Positions 11,071 through 22,296 are shown, numbered from the stretch's first letter. The stretch is 64,000 nucleotides of DNA from an uncultured Actinomycetes bacterium (GCA_963695025.1 CAVOFQ010000003.1:1437538-1501537), one strand, 5' to 3'. Numbers and translations are program-made. The notes: generated from the letters alone by a model not told the origin.

Positions 11071-11533
11071 ATGCGAAAAATTGCCCTCATCACCGCCCTT
11101 CTCGCGGCCCTGGCCGCCGCCGCGCCGGCGTCCGGCGCGCTGATGCTCGCCAAGTCCTGCGGCAACAGCTGCGCGCAGTTCACCGCGTCGGGAAGTGGCG
11201 CCCTCGGCGTGATGGGCTCCGGCGCCGAGTGGGGCAGCATCTCCAGCGGAATCATCTGGGTCCGCGACCGCACGGGCAAGTCCAACGCCAAGAACTGGGT
11301 GCACGGCTCCGGGATCCACTGGAAGTCGCTTGGAGATGACGGCTGGAAGGCGATGTCCATCCACGCGGATGACGTTCTCGGCCACCAACAAGTTCTGGGT
11401 CAAGCTGCAGGGCCCGGGAGTGCAGTTGAGCGGCGTGTTCGACGGAACCGGCAACATCGCGGGCAACGGGAATTACACGCTGAACGGCCACAGGAAGAGC
11501 TGGCCGCAGTCGTCCCAGTCCCTGCGCTTCTAG
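11071..11533 (+). CDS. Secreted hypothetical protein (indel near 11365)
   Basis: Signal peptide MRKIALITALLAALAAAAPASG; continues in a shifted frame as MTFSATNKFWVKLQG...YTLNG. Confidence 0.65.
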
Positions 11534-11562
11534 GCGCCCGCCACCCCAGGCTGTAACCTACG

Positions 11563-12261
11563 ATGATGGCCGAAAAGATCCTCGTGGTCGAGGACGAGCG
11601 AAATATCGCCTCGTTCGTGGCCATGTATCTCAAGAACGCGCGCTACCAGGTCGACATCGCCCGCGATGGCGCCGAGGCGCTGCAAAAGGCCGACAGCCTC
11701 AAGCCCGACCTCGTCGTGCTCGACCTGATGCTGCCCGACATCGACGGCCTCGAGGTGTGCCGGCAGATCCGGTCGACATCCGACGTGCCGATCCTCATGC
11801 TGACAGCCCGCGACGACGACGTGGACAAGATTGTCGGCCTCGAGGTGGGCGCCGACGACTACCTGACCAAGCCGTTCAACCCGCGGGAGCTCGTCGCGCG
11901 CATCAAGTCCATCCTGCGCCGGTCGACCCAGACCGCCCGCAGCTCGCGGCCGCAGGAGGCGGCGATGGAGCACGGCCAGCTGCGCATCGACGCCGGCCGC
12001 CGCGAGGTGACGGTGTCCGGCCGGCAGGTGCAGCTGGCTCCGAAGGAGTTCGATCTCCTGTGGGAGCTGCTCGACCACCGCGGGCTGGTGCTGACCCGCG
12101 ACCAGCTGCTCGAGCGGGTCTGGGGATACACCTTCGCGGGGGACACCCGCACGGTGGACGTGCACGTGCGCCAGCTGCGGCGCAAGCTCGGTGATGACTG
12201 CCCGGTGGCGACCGTATGGGGCGTGGGATACAAGGTCGCTGACGATGCTGCAGTCACTTAG
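11563..12261 (+). CDS. OmpR/PhoB-family response regulator
   Basis: VVEDE, LDLMLP, GADDYLTKPF, winged helix (RTVDVHVRQLRRKL, VWGVGYK). Confidence 0.96.
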   Translation: MMAEKILVVEDERNIASFVAMYLKNARYQVDIARDGAEALQKADSLKPDLVVLDLMLPDIDGLEVCRQIRSTSDVPILMLTARDDDVDKIVGLEVGADDYLTKPFNPRELVARIKSILRRSTQTARSSRPQEAAMEHGQLRIDAGRREVTVSGRQVQLAPKEFDLLWELLDHRGLVLTRDQLLERVWGYTFAGDTRTVDVHVRQLRRKLGDDCPVATVWGVGYKVADDAAVT

Positions 12262-13653
12262 AGCACGCCTCGCCTTTCTCTTCCTCGGCACCCTCGTGCT
12301 CGCCACGGTGATCGCGAGCGTGGTGGTCGTGAGCCTGTACCAGTCGTACAACCGCAACCAGACGGAGGCCGCGCTGCGCAAGCAGGTCGAGGGGGTCGCG
12401 AGCTACTACCAGCAGGCGTTCAACGGCACGTACGGGCACGGCAAGAAGGCGGCGCCCAGGCAGCATCACGGTCAACGTGTTCAACCAGGTGAGCGACGCC
12501 AAGCTCTACTACAACGGGGTCGGAGCTGTTCCCGGGCATACCAGGGGCTCGAGCGCTCAAGAGCGTCGTCCCGAACTTCAAGCCGGACAACCTGACGCCC
12601 AAGTCGCGCCCGGTGTACCAGTTCCCGGTCGACGGGACGACCTACATCGGCGTCGGGGCGCCCATCTTCAGCGGCGATCAGGCGATCGGCGCGGTCGTGC
12701 TGGCAAAGCCGCTGACGGACGTCAACAACGCCTGGAAGAACGTGATCGGCCTCGTGGCCGCGGGTGTCGCCGTCGGCCTCGTCGTCGCCGTCATCCTGGC
12801 AACCTATGTCGCCCGCCGCATCACCCAGCCGCTGCGGGTGATCGGGAGCGCCGCTGACAAGGTCGCCCGCGGCGACCTGGACGTCAACGTGATCGGCAAG
12901 CGCACATCCGACGACGAGCTCGGACAGCTGGCGACCCGCTTCCAGGGCATGGTGGACAGGCTGCGTGAGGTGGACGAGCTCGAGCGCAACTTCCTCATGC
13001 GCGTCACCCACGAGCTGCGAACGCCCCTGACCGCGATCTCCGGCCACGTCCAGGCGCTCAACGAGGGCGTCGTCGGCCCCGACGACCTCGACGAGTCGCT
13101 CGGCGCCGTGAACGAGGAGGTGCGCCGGCTCGACCGCCTCGTCGGCGACCTGCTCGACCTGACGCGGCTCGAGGCCCACCAGTTCCGGGTGGTGAGCGAG
13201 GAGGTCGGCCTGAACGCCCTGCTCGAGCGTGCCGCGGCGTCGTTCCGCGAGAAGGCACGCACCAACGACGTCATCTTCCACACACCGATCGAGGACGCGC
13301 CGACGATCATCACCGACGGCGACCGCGTCCTGCAGATCGTGAACAACCTGCTCGACAACGCGTTTCGCTGGACGCCCAAGGGCGGGACGGTCCAGCTCGG
13401 CTGCAACAACTCGAACGGCATCGCCGCGATCACCGTGTCCGACACCGGCCGCGGCATCGCTCCGGCCGAGCGGGAGGCCGTGTTCCACCCCTTCTACAGC
13501 CGCCGCGGCGAGGGCGGCACCGGCCTCGGCCTCTCGATCGCCCGCGAGCTTGCGACGGCGCTCGGCGGCCGGCTTTCGGTCGAGAGCGAGCCCGGCCAGG
13601 GAACGACCTTCACGCTCTCGCTGCCCCGCAAGCGGCGCCGGCGGGCGAAATGA
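12245..13653 (+). CDS. HAMP sensor histidine kinase (indels near 12460 and 12530)
   Basis: Two TM helices, HAMP (DELGQLA), H-box THELRTPL, NLLDNA, DTGRGI, GTGLGL. Confidence 0.92.
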
Positions 13654-14091
13654 GGATCCGGCTGTGCGACACCGAGCAGGACGTCTCGGGCATCAGCGTG
13701 GAGCTCGTGATCACGGCCGAGCCGTTCGCCGAATCGGTGCCGTACTCCCTGACGCTGCACGCCGGCGGATCGCCTGTCGCACACGTCGCCGAGGCGGAGC
13801 TGACGCCGGCCGAGCTCTTCGCGCTCGGCCACGCCCTGCTGGACGCTGCCGCCGACGGCTTCGGCCACTTCGTCCCCGCCGACGAGGTGTTCGGGCTCGA
13901 CCTGGCACCGCCGAGCGTGCCGCGAGCCATCGAGGAGGTCGGGCCTGGCCGTGTGGGTCGATGCCGGCCGGGCGCAGGCCGCGACACCAACGCGAAGCGG
14001 CGTCGCGGTGCAGCTGATCGTGGACGCTCCCGCCCTGGCCGGCGTCGCCGAGGCGGTCTGCGACCAGGCCGCCCGCGTTCTCAACGCCTAG
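13650..14091 (+). CDS. Hypothetical protein (indel near 13955)
   Basis: ATG overlaps the kinase stop; coding-like composition; the shifted frame ends at TAG 14089-14091. Confidence 0.5.
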
Positions 14092-14600
14092 AGCCGCTCC
14101 GCCGCGCGCTGAAACGTGGCCAGGTCACGGTCGGAGTAGAGCACGAAGACCAGCCGGCGCACGTGCGCCGACGCCTCGGCGGCAGCCACCGCCGCGGTCA
14201 GCGCAACGTCGGCGGCCCGCTCGACGGGATAGCCGTAGATCCCGGTCGAGATGGCCGGGAACGAGACCGACTCGCAGCCGAGCTCGTCGGCGATCTCCAC
14301 CGAGCGGCGGTGCGCCGACGCAAGCGCGTCCGGCTCGCCGGAGGCGCCGCCGCGCCACACGGGGCCGACGGCGTGGATGACGTGGCGCGCGGGCAGGTCG
14401 CCGGCACCGGTCGCGCGCGCGTCGCCGGTGGGGCACCCGCCCAGCCGCCGGCACTCCTCCATGATCGTGGGGCCGCCGGCGCGGTGGATGGCGCCATCGA
14501 CACCGCCGCCTCCCGCCAGAGCGCTGTTGGCCGCGTTCACGATCGCATCGACCGGGACGGTCGTGATGTCGCCGGCGACGAGTTCGAGGGTGACGTCCAT
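14088..14600 (-). CDS. Macrodomain O-acetyl-ADP-ribose deacetylase (YmdB-like)
   Basis: GDITT, IVNAANSALAGGGGVDGAIH, FPAISTGIYGYP. Confidence 0.93.
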   Translation of the reverse strand: MDVTLELVAGDITTVPVDAIVNAANSALAGGGGVDGAIHRAGGPTIMEECRRLGGCPTGDARATGAGDLPARHVIHAVGPVWRGGASGEPDALASAHRRSVEIADELGCESVSFPAISTGIYGYPVERAADVALTAAVAAAEASAHVRRLVFVLYSDRDLATFQRAAERL

Positions 14601-14647
14601 CGAGCGCACGATAGCTACGCTCTTTTGCAACCTAGAAGGAGGCTCGG

Positions 14648-15170
14648 ATGGACCTACGTGCGCTGCAGGAACCGCTCAAGGCCGGCTATCGCAGCGACCC
14701 GGAGAGCGGCCGGATCACGCTCACGGCCCGTGGTGCTCAGGTCGACCAGCCGATCGGGTGCTCGATCGACCTCGGCCGGGCCCAGTACGAGGCCCAGGCA
14801 CACGCCGGCGTGGGGGGCGAGGGCACGGGCGCGTGTTCCGGCGATCTGCTGCTGGGCGCGCTTGCGGCCTGCGCGCAGATCACCTGCCAGATGGTGGCCG
14901 CAGCGATGGGGCTCGACGACGCGGGACATCGCGGTCACGGTCGAGGGTGACCTCGACCTGCGCGGTACGCTCGGCGTCGACCGGGAGGCGCCCGTCGGCT
15001 TCACCGACATCCGGCTCTCGTTCGCGATCGACGCGCCCGGGGCGACGGCCGAGGAACTCGAGGGGCTCAGGCGCCGCACGGAGCGCTACTGCGTCGTCAT
15101 GCAGACGCTCACTCGGCCGCCGGCGATCGCCACGACCTGGGGTGAGGCACCGGCGGCCCAGGTAGGCTGA
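14648..15170 (+). CDS. OsmC-family protein (indel near 14920)
   Basis: CSGDLLLGALAACAQIT, then VEGDLDLRGTLG...TERYCVV in the shifted frame. Confidence 0.88.
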
Positions 15171-15174
15171 CGGC

Positions 15175-15429
15175 ATGTGGCTCCTCGAGGCGATACTGGT
15201 CGGGCTCGTGGTGGGCGCAATCGCCCGCCTGCTGGTGCCCGGCCGCCATCCCCGGGGGCTGATCGTGACCGTGATCGTCGGCATTGCCGGCTCGGTGATC
15301 GCCACCGGGGTGGGCAAGGCGGCCGGCGTATACCACTCCGGCCAGTCGGCCGGCTTCCTCGGCTCGATCGTCGGCGCCGTGATCCTGCTCCTCGCGCTGC
15401 AGGCGCTGAGCGGAGGCTTCAAGAAGTGA
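15175..15429 (+). CDS. GlsB/YeaQ/YmgE transglycosylase-associated membrane protein
   Basis: GLVVGAIARLLVPG...GIAGS...SIVGAVILL. Confidence 0.88.
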   Translation: MWLLEAILVGLVVGAIARLLVPGRHPRGLIVTVIVGIAGSVIATGVGKAAGVYHSGQSAGFLGSIVGAVILLLALQALSGGFKK

Positions 15430-16747
15430 AGCGCTACCACGTCACGACGTTCGGCTGTCAGATGAACGTGCACGACTCCGAGCGCATCAAGGGCCTGCTC
15501 GAGTCGGTCGGACTGGGGGAGGCGGCCGAGCCGGACGACGCCGACTTCCTCGTCTTCAACACCTGCACGATCCGCGAGAAGGCGGACGATCGCCTGGTGG
15601 CGCACCTGATGGACGCGCGCGCGGCCAAGCAGCGCGACCCCGACAAGGTGATCGTGGTCGGCGGGTGCTGGTCGGAGTCGATGAAGGACGAGCTGTTCGA
15701 GCAGTTCCCGTTCGTCGACCTCGCCTTCGGCCCCGGCAACATCCACCGGCTCGGCGACTTCATCGAGGCGGGCGGCGCGATCGCCCGCGGCCACTTCTCG
15801 ACGTTCGACAGCTTCGCGGGCGACCTGCCGCTGAAGCGCGACCGCCACCATCAGGCCTGGCTGCAGATCTCGACCGGCTGCAACTGCAACTGCTCGTACT
15901 GCATCGTCCCGAGCGTGCGCGGCCGCGAGCACAGCCGCCACCCGGACGACCTGCGGTACGAGGCGGAGCGGTACGCCGCCGACGGAGTGCGCGAGCTGAC
16001 CCTGCTCGGCCAGAACGTCAACTCCTACGGCCGCGACCTGCGACCGGGGACCGTGGCGAGCTTCGCGGCCCTCCTGCGCACCCTCGACGCCGTCCCCGGG
16101 ATCGACCGGATCCGGTTCACGAGCCCCCATCCCAAGGACATGCGCGACGACGTGATCGCCGCCATGGCCGAATCGCCCGCGGTGTGCGAGCACCTGCACC
16201 TGCCCGTGCAGTCCGGCTCGACCCGGGTGCTCAAGGCCATGCGCCGCACCTACTCACGGGAGCGCTACCTGACGCTGGTCGAGCGCATCCGCGCTGCCAT
16301 TCCCGGGATCGCGCTCACCACCGACATCATCGTGGGCTTCCCCGGCGAGACCGACGCCGAGTTCGAGCAGACGCTCGCGCTGGTCGACGAGGTCGGCTAC
16401 GACCACGCATTCACGTTCGTGTACTCGCCGCGCCGGGGCACCGACGCGGCGCGCATGGACGATCAGGTGCCCGATCCGGTCAAGAAGGAGCGCATCCAGC
16501 GGCTCGTCGAGCGAGTGCAGCACCACGCCGCCGCCCGCAACGCGGCGCTCGTCGGGCAGCGTCCAGGAGGTGCTGGTGGAGGGTCCGAGCCGCACCGATC
16601 CGGCGGTGCTGCGGGGGCGCACGCGCACGAACAAGGCGGTCAACTTCGGCGGCGATGCACCGCGCCGGTGCGCTGGTGGACGTGCGGATCAGCGCGTCGA
16701 CCTCGCAGACGCTGGCCGGCGACCAGGTCGCCCTCGCCGTCGCCTAG
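15426..16747 (+). CDS. miaB: tRNA-2-methylthio-N6-dimethylallyladenosine synthase MiaB (indels in TRAM domain)
   Basis: TFGCQMNVHDSE, NTCTIRE, radical SAM CNCNCSYC, HLPVQSGS, DIIVGFPGET. Confidence 0.95.
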
Positions 16748-16757
16748 CGCCAGGGCC

Positions 16758-17661
16758 GTGGACGTCGTGGCCATCTTCGGGCCGACCGCATCGGGCAAGA
16801 GCGCCGTGGCCCTCGAGGTGGCCGAGCTCGTCGGTGGCGAGATCGTCTCGTGCGACGCGATGCAGCTCTACCGCGGCCTGCCGATCCTCACCAACCAGCC
16901 GGGCGCCGCCGAGAAGGTGCGGGCGCCGCATCATCTGATCGGGGTCTGGGGCCTCGACCACTCGGGCTCGGTCGCCGAGTATGCCGCGCTGGCCCACGCG
17001 GCCATCGACGACGTGCTCGACCGGGGCCGGGTCGCGGTGGTCTGCGGAGGGAGTGGCCTCTACCTGCGTGCGGCCCTGGCCGAGATGCCGCTCCCGCCGC
17101 AGGTGCCGCCGGCCGACCGGGAGCGCTTCGAGCAGCTGTACGATCGGGAGGGAGCCGGTGCGGCCCACGCAACGCTTGCGGCCGCCGACGCCCGGGCCGC
17201 GGCAGCGGTGCACCCGCACGACCGCCGCCGGGTCGTGCGGGCGCTGGAGCTGCATGCGGCCGGCTCGAGCCTGGCGCCCGCGCACGACCGGCTGTGGGCG
17301 GCCGATGCCCGCCGCCCGACGGCGATCGTCGGCCTGGACGTGCCCGCGGAACTCGTGATCGGGCCGGATCGCGCGCAGGACGGAGGCGATGTTCGCGGCC
17401 GGCGTGGTGGACGAGGTGCGCGCCGCCCGGGCCGAACACCGGTTTTCGGCCACCGCCGAGCGCATTCACGGCCTTCAGGACGTGACCGCGCTGCTGCACG
17501 GCCAGATCGGCCAGCCCGAGGCACAGCGGCGGCTGAACGTGCGCACGCGCCGGTACGCAAAGCGCCAGCGCACCTGGATGCGGCGCCTGCCGGAGGTCGC
17601 GATGGTCGCCGCCGACCGCGACCCCCGGGCGATCGCCGCCGAGATCGTGGCGGCGCGGTGA
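16758..17661 (+). CDS. miaA: tRNA dimethylallyltransferase MiaA (indel near 17360)
   Basis: GPTASGKS, DAMQLYRG, GGSGLYL, RRVVRALE, TRRYAKRQRTW. Confidence 0.94.
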
Positions 17662-18065
17662 GGACAGGCCGCCGCGAGCACGACGCGGTGCGCGAGGCCC
17701 GCGATGCTCTGGTGATCGTGGCCGCGGCGGCACCGGTGACGGCCGCGGTGGCCGTGCTCGCCGGGATCGCGGCCGGGGACGTGCGCGGATGGGCCGAGTG
17801 GGTGATCGGCCCCCTGGTGGTCGCCGTCCTGCTGCTGGGGACGCTGGGCTCGGCGCTGCTCCTGGCCGACCGGCTGGGGAGCCGCTACCTGAGCGCCAGG
17901 CCGCACACCGTCAGCCGCCTGCGCCTGGTGACGATCGCGCTGGTCGCCGGCCTGGCGCTCGTGGCCGGCCTGCCGACGACCTGGCCGGTGGTGATCGGCT
18001 TCGGGCTGGTGTGCGCCCTGCTCGTGGCCGCGATTCTGCTGGGCGCGCTGCTCGGCACCCACTGA
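17658..18065 (+). CDS. Small multi-TM membrane protein
   Basis: GTG overlaps the miaA stop; about four hydrophobic helices. Confidence 0.6.
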   Translation: MRTGRREHDAVREARDALVIVAAAAPVTAAVAVLAGIAAGDVRGWAEWVIGPLVVAVLLLGTLGSALLLADRLGSRYLSARPHTVSRLRLVTIALVAGLALVAGLPTTWPVVIGFGLVCALLVAAILLGALLGTH

Positions 18066-18092
18066 ACATTGGCGCCGGTATCCTCTCGCGGC

Positions 18093-18896
18093 ATGCGGTT
18101 TGAGAAGTGGCAGGCGGCCGGGAACGCCTACCTGGTGATCGAGCGAACGGACCTCGTGCACCCGCTCACGCCCGCACGGGTGCAGCGGATCTGCCACCCC
18201 GACCTGGGCGCCGGGAGCGACGGCATCCTCGTGCTCGACCCGATCGGGCCCGGCCATATGCGGGTGCAGATCCTGAACCCCGACGGCGGCGAGGCCGAGT
18301 TTTCGGGCAACGGCAGCCGCATCGCGGCGGGCTACGTCGCCGGCCGTGACGGCACCGCCGAGATGGTGCTCGAGACGCTCAAGGGCTCCATCGCCGGCAC
18401 GGTCGACGGCGGATCGGTCACCATCGACGCGGGTGCCGCCGCGCTGGATGGATCCGACCACGCCCCGAATGGCGGCCCGGCTCCCGCGGCGGCCTACACA
18501 TTCGTGTCGCTCGGAAACCCGCACTGCGTGATCGAGACCGAGGAGGTGGACGGGCTCGACCTGGCCGCGGTGGGAGCGCCGATCGAGCACCACCCGTGGT
18601 TCCCGAACCGCACGAACGTCGAGTTCTACCGCCCCCTGGGGGACAACGACATCCGCATGCGCGTCTGGGAGCGCGGGGCGGGGGAGACGCTCTCGTCCGG
18701 CTCCGGCTCGAGCGCGGCCGCGGTGGCGGCGGTGGTCGCCGGGCGCGCCCGGAGCCCCGTGACGGTGCACACCGACGGCGGCGAGCTCGTGGTCGCGGTC
18801 GACGAGCACCTGGCCGTGCGGCTGACGGGGCCGGTGCTGTGCGTCCACCGGGGCGAATTCTCGGCCGACTTCGTGGCCGCCCTGGGGGAGCTCTAG
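18093..18896 (+). CDS. dapF: Diaminopimelate epimerase, Ser/Ser active-site variant
   Basis: GNAYLV, GSDG, NPDGGEAEFSGNG, GNPHCV, NVEF, VWERGAGETLSSGSG; miaA-dapF-hflX synteny. Confidence 0.92.
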   Translation: MRFEKWQAAGNAYLVIERTDLVHPLTPARVQRICHPDLGAGSDGILVLDPIGPGHMRVQILNPDGGEAEFSGNGSRIAAGYVAGRDGTAEMVLETLKGSIAGTVDGGSVTIDAGAAALDGSDHAPNGGPAPAAAYTFVSLGNPHCVIETEEVDGLDLAAVGAPIEHHPWFPNRTNVEFYRPLGDNDIRMRVWERGAGETLSSGSGSSAAAVAAVVAGRARSPVTVHTDGGELVVAVDEHLAVRLTGPVLCVHRGEFSADFVAALGEL

Positions 18897-18899
18897 GCG

Positions 18900-20069
18900 A
18901 TGCGGGTCGCCGCACGCGTCGAGGCATTGCCGCCGTACCTGTTCGCCGAGCTCGAGCGCAAGATCGAGGAGCGCCGGCGTGCGGGCGTCGAGGTCATCTC
19001 GCTGGGCATCGGCGACCCCGACGTGCCGACACCCGCGGACGTGGTCGAGGAGGCGCAGCGCCAGCTCGCGCGGCCCGACACGCACCGGTACCCGTCCAAC
19101 CGCGGCCGGCCGGAGTTCCGGGAGGCGGTGGCGGCCTTCTATCGCAGCCGTTTCGGGGTCGAGCTCGACCCCGATACCGAGATCCTGCCCCTGCTCGGCG
19201 GCAAGGAGGGGGTCGCGCATGTGTGCTTTGCGATGCTCGACCCCGGCGACGCCTGCCTCGTCGCAGACCCCGGCTATCCGGTCTACACGTCCGGGACGCT
19301 GCTGGCAGGGGCGGAACCCGTATTGATGCCACTGACCGCTGAGCGGGCGTTTCAGCCCCATCTGGAGGCGATTCCCACGCAGGTGTCGGCCCGCGCGAAC
19401 CTGCTCTTCTGCAATTACCCCAATAATCCGACAGGTGCGGTCGTGGATGTGGCGTTCTTCGAGCGGCTGGCCGCGTTCGGGCTCGAGCGCGATGTCCCCA
19501 TCGTGCACGACAACGCCTACTCCGAGATCACGTTCGACGGCTACACGGCGCCGAGCTTCCTGCAGGCCCGCGGCGCTCGCGAGGCCGGCGTCGAGATGTT
19601 CTCGCTGTCGAAGACCTACAACATGACCGGCTGGCGCGTCGGCGCGGCGGTCGGCAACGCCCAGATGATCCAGGCGCTCTGGAAGCTCAAGACGAACATC
19701 GACTCGGGCGTCTTCGAGGCCGTCCAGATGGCGGCGGTGCGCGCGCTCACCGGCTCGCAGGAGCACGTGGCCGAGATGTGCGCGGTCTATGCGCGGCGGC
19801 GCGACCTCGTCCTGGCCGCGCTCCACGCGGTCGGGATCGACGTGCCGCCGCCGCGGGGCACGATCTATGTGTGGGTGCCGGTGCCGCCCGGCCACACGTC
19901 GGTCTCGTTCGCCGAGCTGGTGCTCGACCAGGCCGCCGTGGTCGTGTCGCCCGGATCGGCCTACGGGCCCAACGGCGAGGGCTACGTGCGCCTCTCCCTG
20001 ACGGTGCCCGACGACGAGCTGGGCGAGGCGATGTCGCGCATCGAGCAGCATCTGAGAGTCACCGTCTAA
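18900..20069 (+). CDS. dapL: LL-diaminopimelate aminotransferase (class I/II PLP enzyme)
   Basis: LPPYLFA, LGIGDPD, NYPNNPTG, SLSKTYNMTGWRVG, KTNIDSG; adjacent to dapF. Confidence 0.8.
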   Translation: MRVAARVEALPPYLFAELERKIEERRRAGVEVISLGIGDPDVPTPADVVEEAQRQLARPDTHRYPSNRGRPEFREAVAAFYRSRFGVELDPDTEILPLLGGKEGVAHVCFAMLDPGDACLVADPGYPVYTSGTLLAGAEPVLMPLTAERAFQPHLEAIPTQVSARANLLFCNYPNNPTGAVVDVAFFERLAAFGLERDVPIVHDNAYSEITFDGYTAPSFLQARGAREAGVEMFSLSKTYNMTGWRVGAAVGNAQMIQALWKLKTNIDSGVFEAVQMAAVRALTGSQEHVAEMCAVYARRRDLVLAALHAVGIDVPPPRGTIYVWVPVPPGHTSVSFAELVLDQAAVVVSPGSAYGPNGEGYVRLSLTVPDDELGEAMSRIEQHLRVTV

Positions 20070-20093
20070 ACGCAAGTTCTTATACTCCTCCTC

Positions 20094-21359
20094 GTGGCAG
20101 TGAACACCCCTCGTGACCAGGATCCCGAGCGCGGGGTGGTGGTGGCGTCCCTGCTGCCGGGCACCGACGGCGCGGACGACCTGGGGGAGATGCGCGAGCT
20201 CCTGCGGACCGCGCGCGTGCGGACGGTCGCAACGCTCGTCCAGCACCGCCGCCGGCCCGATCCGCGCACCTACCTCGGGCCGGGCAAGCTCGACGAGCTG
20301 CGCGAGCTGCTGGCAACGGTCGATGCCGAGGTGGTCGTCTCGGACGACGAGCTTTCGCCGCGCCAGCAGCGCACGCTCGAGGATGCGCTGCAGATGCGGG
20401 TCGTCGACCGCACGGCGGTGATTCTCGACATCTTCGCCCAGCACGCGCACACCGCCGAGGGCAAGCTCCAGGTCGAGCTGGCCCAGCTCGAGTACTCGCT
20501 GCAGCGCATGCGGGGGATGTGGAAGCACCTCGAGCGGCTCGGGGGCGGCGTCGGCACCCGCGGCCCGGGCGAGACCCAGCTCGAGTCCGACCGCCGCATG
20601 GCCCGGCGGCGGCTGGCGCTCTTGCGCACGCGCCTGCGCGACGTCGCCGCCCAGCGCAGCGTGATGCGGCGCCGGCGCACCCGCTCGGCGGTGCCGGCCG
20701 TGGCGCTCGCCGGGTACACGAACGTCGGCAAGTCGACGCTCCTGAACGCACTCACCGGCTCGGAGGTGAGCGTGGACGATCGCCTGTTCGAGACGCTCGA
20801 CCCCACGACGCGTGCGTTTCGCGAGGAGGGCCGCACCTATGTCGTCACCGACACGGTCGGGTTCATCGGCAAGCTGCCGCACATGCTGGTCGAGGCGTTC
20901 GCCGCAACGCTCGAGGAGACGCTCGCGGGCGATCTCGTGCTCTTGGTGGTCGACGCCTCCGCCGGCGAGGACGGCCTCGGCCGGCAGCTGGCCGACGTAC
21001 GGGCTGTGCTCGGCGAGATCGGCGCCGACGAGATCCCGCAGATGCTGGTGGTGAACAAGATCGACACGGTGGACGCGCTCTCCCGCCGGCGGCTGGCCAA
21101 CCGGTTCCCCGACGCGATCCAGATCTCGGCCCAGACCGGCGAGAACCTCGAGGAGCTCAAGCACCGCGTGGCCGCCTTCTTCAGCGACCGCTACGTCGAT
21201 GTGCGCCTGCTGGTGCCGCACGGCCAGGGCGGTGAGCTGTCGGCGCTGTACGCCAGCGGGGCGCCGATCACCGCGCGTGAGGATGCGGCCGAGGGCGTGC
21301 TCGTGACCGCCCGCCTGCCCCGCGACCTCGTCGGACGGTTCGCGGCGTTCCGCGTATGA
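20094..21359 (+). CDS. hflX: Ribosome rescue GTPase HflX
   Basis: GTRGPGETQLE, GYTNVGKSTL, DTVGF, NKID. Confidence 0.97.
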   Translation: MAVNTPRDQDPERGVVVASLLPGTDGADDLGEMRELLRTARVRTVATLVQHRRRPDPRTYLGPGKLDELRELLATVDAEVVVSDDELSPRQQRTLEDALQMRVVDRTAVILDIFAQHAHTAEGKLQVELAQLEYSLQRMRGMWKHLERLGGGVGTRGPGETQLESDRRMARRRLALLRTRLRDVAAQRSVMRRRRTRSAVPAVALAGYTNVGKSTLLNALTGSEVSVDDRLFETLDPTTRAFREEGRTYVVTDTVGFIGKLPHMLVEAFAATLEETLAGDLVLLVVDASAGEDGLGRQLADVRAVLGEIGADEIPQMLVVNKIDTVDALSRRRLANRFPDAIQISAQTGENLEELKHRVAAFFSDRYVDVRLLVPHGQGGELSALYASGAPITAREDAAEGVLVTARLPRDLVGRFAAFRV

Positions 21360-21805
21360 CCGAACTGCTCGTCCGGCGCCTGCACCCCGACGCGCTCGTG
21401 CCCGCCGGGGCCTATCCGGGCGACGCGGGGCTCGATCTGGCCAGCGTCGAGGAGGTCGTGCTCGAGCCGGGCCAGCGCCGCACCGTGGCCACCGGCCTTG
21501 CGGTGGCGATCCCGGCCGGCCACGCCGGCTTCGTCCAGCCGCGCTCGGGCCTTGCCGCCCGCCACGGCATCGCCGTCGTCAACTCGCCCGGCCTGATCGA
21601 CTCCGGCTACCGCGGCGAGCTGAAGGTCGTTCTGCTGAACACCGATGCGTCCGACCCGTTTCACATCCGGCCGGGCGACCGCATCGCCCAGCTGGTGGTG
21701 CTGGCCCTGCCCCGGGTGACCGTGACCGAGACCCTCGACCTGCCGCCGTCGGAGCGGGCCGGGCGCGGCTTCGGGTCGTCGACGGTGAGACCGGGCGCGT
21801 CGTGA
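21356..21805 (+). CDS. dut: dUTP diphosphatase
   Basis: GDAGLDL, PRSGLA, GLIDSGYRGE, GFGSS. Confidence 0.96.
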   Translation: MTELLVRRLHPDALVPAGAYPGDAGLDLASVEEVVLEPGQRRTVATGLAVAIPAGHAGFVQPRSGLAARHGIAVVNSPGLIDSGYRGELKVVLLNTDASDPFHIRPGDRIAQLVVLALPRVTVTETLDLPPSERAGRGFGSSTVRPGAS

Positions 21806-22254
21806 GCGAGCCCCGCATCCGCGTGGGCGCGCTCCTGCGCTCGGGCGACTCGGTGCTGCTGCTGCGGCAGGAGAAGGGCGGCCGCTCCTACTGGCTGCTT
21901 CCCGGGGGCGGGGTCGAGGAAGGGGAGTCGCTGCACGTCGCCCTGGCCCGCGAGCTCGCCGAGGAGTGCGGAATCGAGGGGCTGATGCTGGAGGGCCCGA
22001 TCGCGATCGTCGAGTCGATCGCACCGGCGGGCATGCGGCCGCGCAAGCACGTGGTGCACATGATCTTCCATGCCGACATCTCGGGCCGCAGCCTCGAGCA
22101 GGTCTCCTCGACCGACGGCGCGATCCATGGCCACCGGCTGATGCACCCCGCCGAACTGGCCGCGATCGACCTGCGCCCGCCGATCCACCGCTTCCTGGAG
22201 CGCTGGCGCCCGGGCGACCCGTTCGTCCACCTCGGCGAGCTGTGGTCGCGCTGA
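21802..22254 (+). CDS. NUDIX hydrolase
   Basis: Nudix box PGGGVEEGESLHVALARELAEECG. Confidence 0.9.
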   Translation: MSEPRIRVGALLRSGDSVLLLRQEKGGRSYWLLPGGGVEEGESLHVALARELAEECGIEGLMLEGPIAIVESIAPAGMRPRKHVVHMIFHADISGRSLEQVSSTDGAIHGHRLMHPAELAAIDLRPPIHRFLERWRPGDPFVHLGELWSR

Positions 22255-22260
22255 GCGCAT

Positions 22261-22283
22261 CAACCGGGGACTGTCCCCGGTTG
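22261..22283. repeat. REP-like palindrome
   Basis: CAACCGGGGAC-T-GTCCCCGGTTG, a perfect 11-bp inverted repeat. Confidence 0.6.
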
Positions 22284-22296
22284 GTCTCGGTGCGAG

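Noticed and set aside
15177-18065. Apparent MiaB-MiaA-membrane protein fusion (962 aa)
   Set aside because: Frameshift read-through; each gene has its own start and stop in the corrected frames
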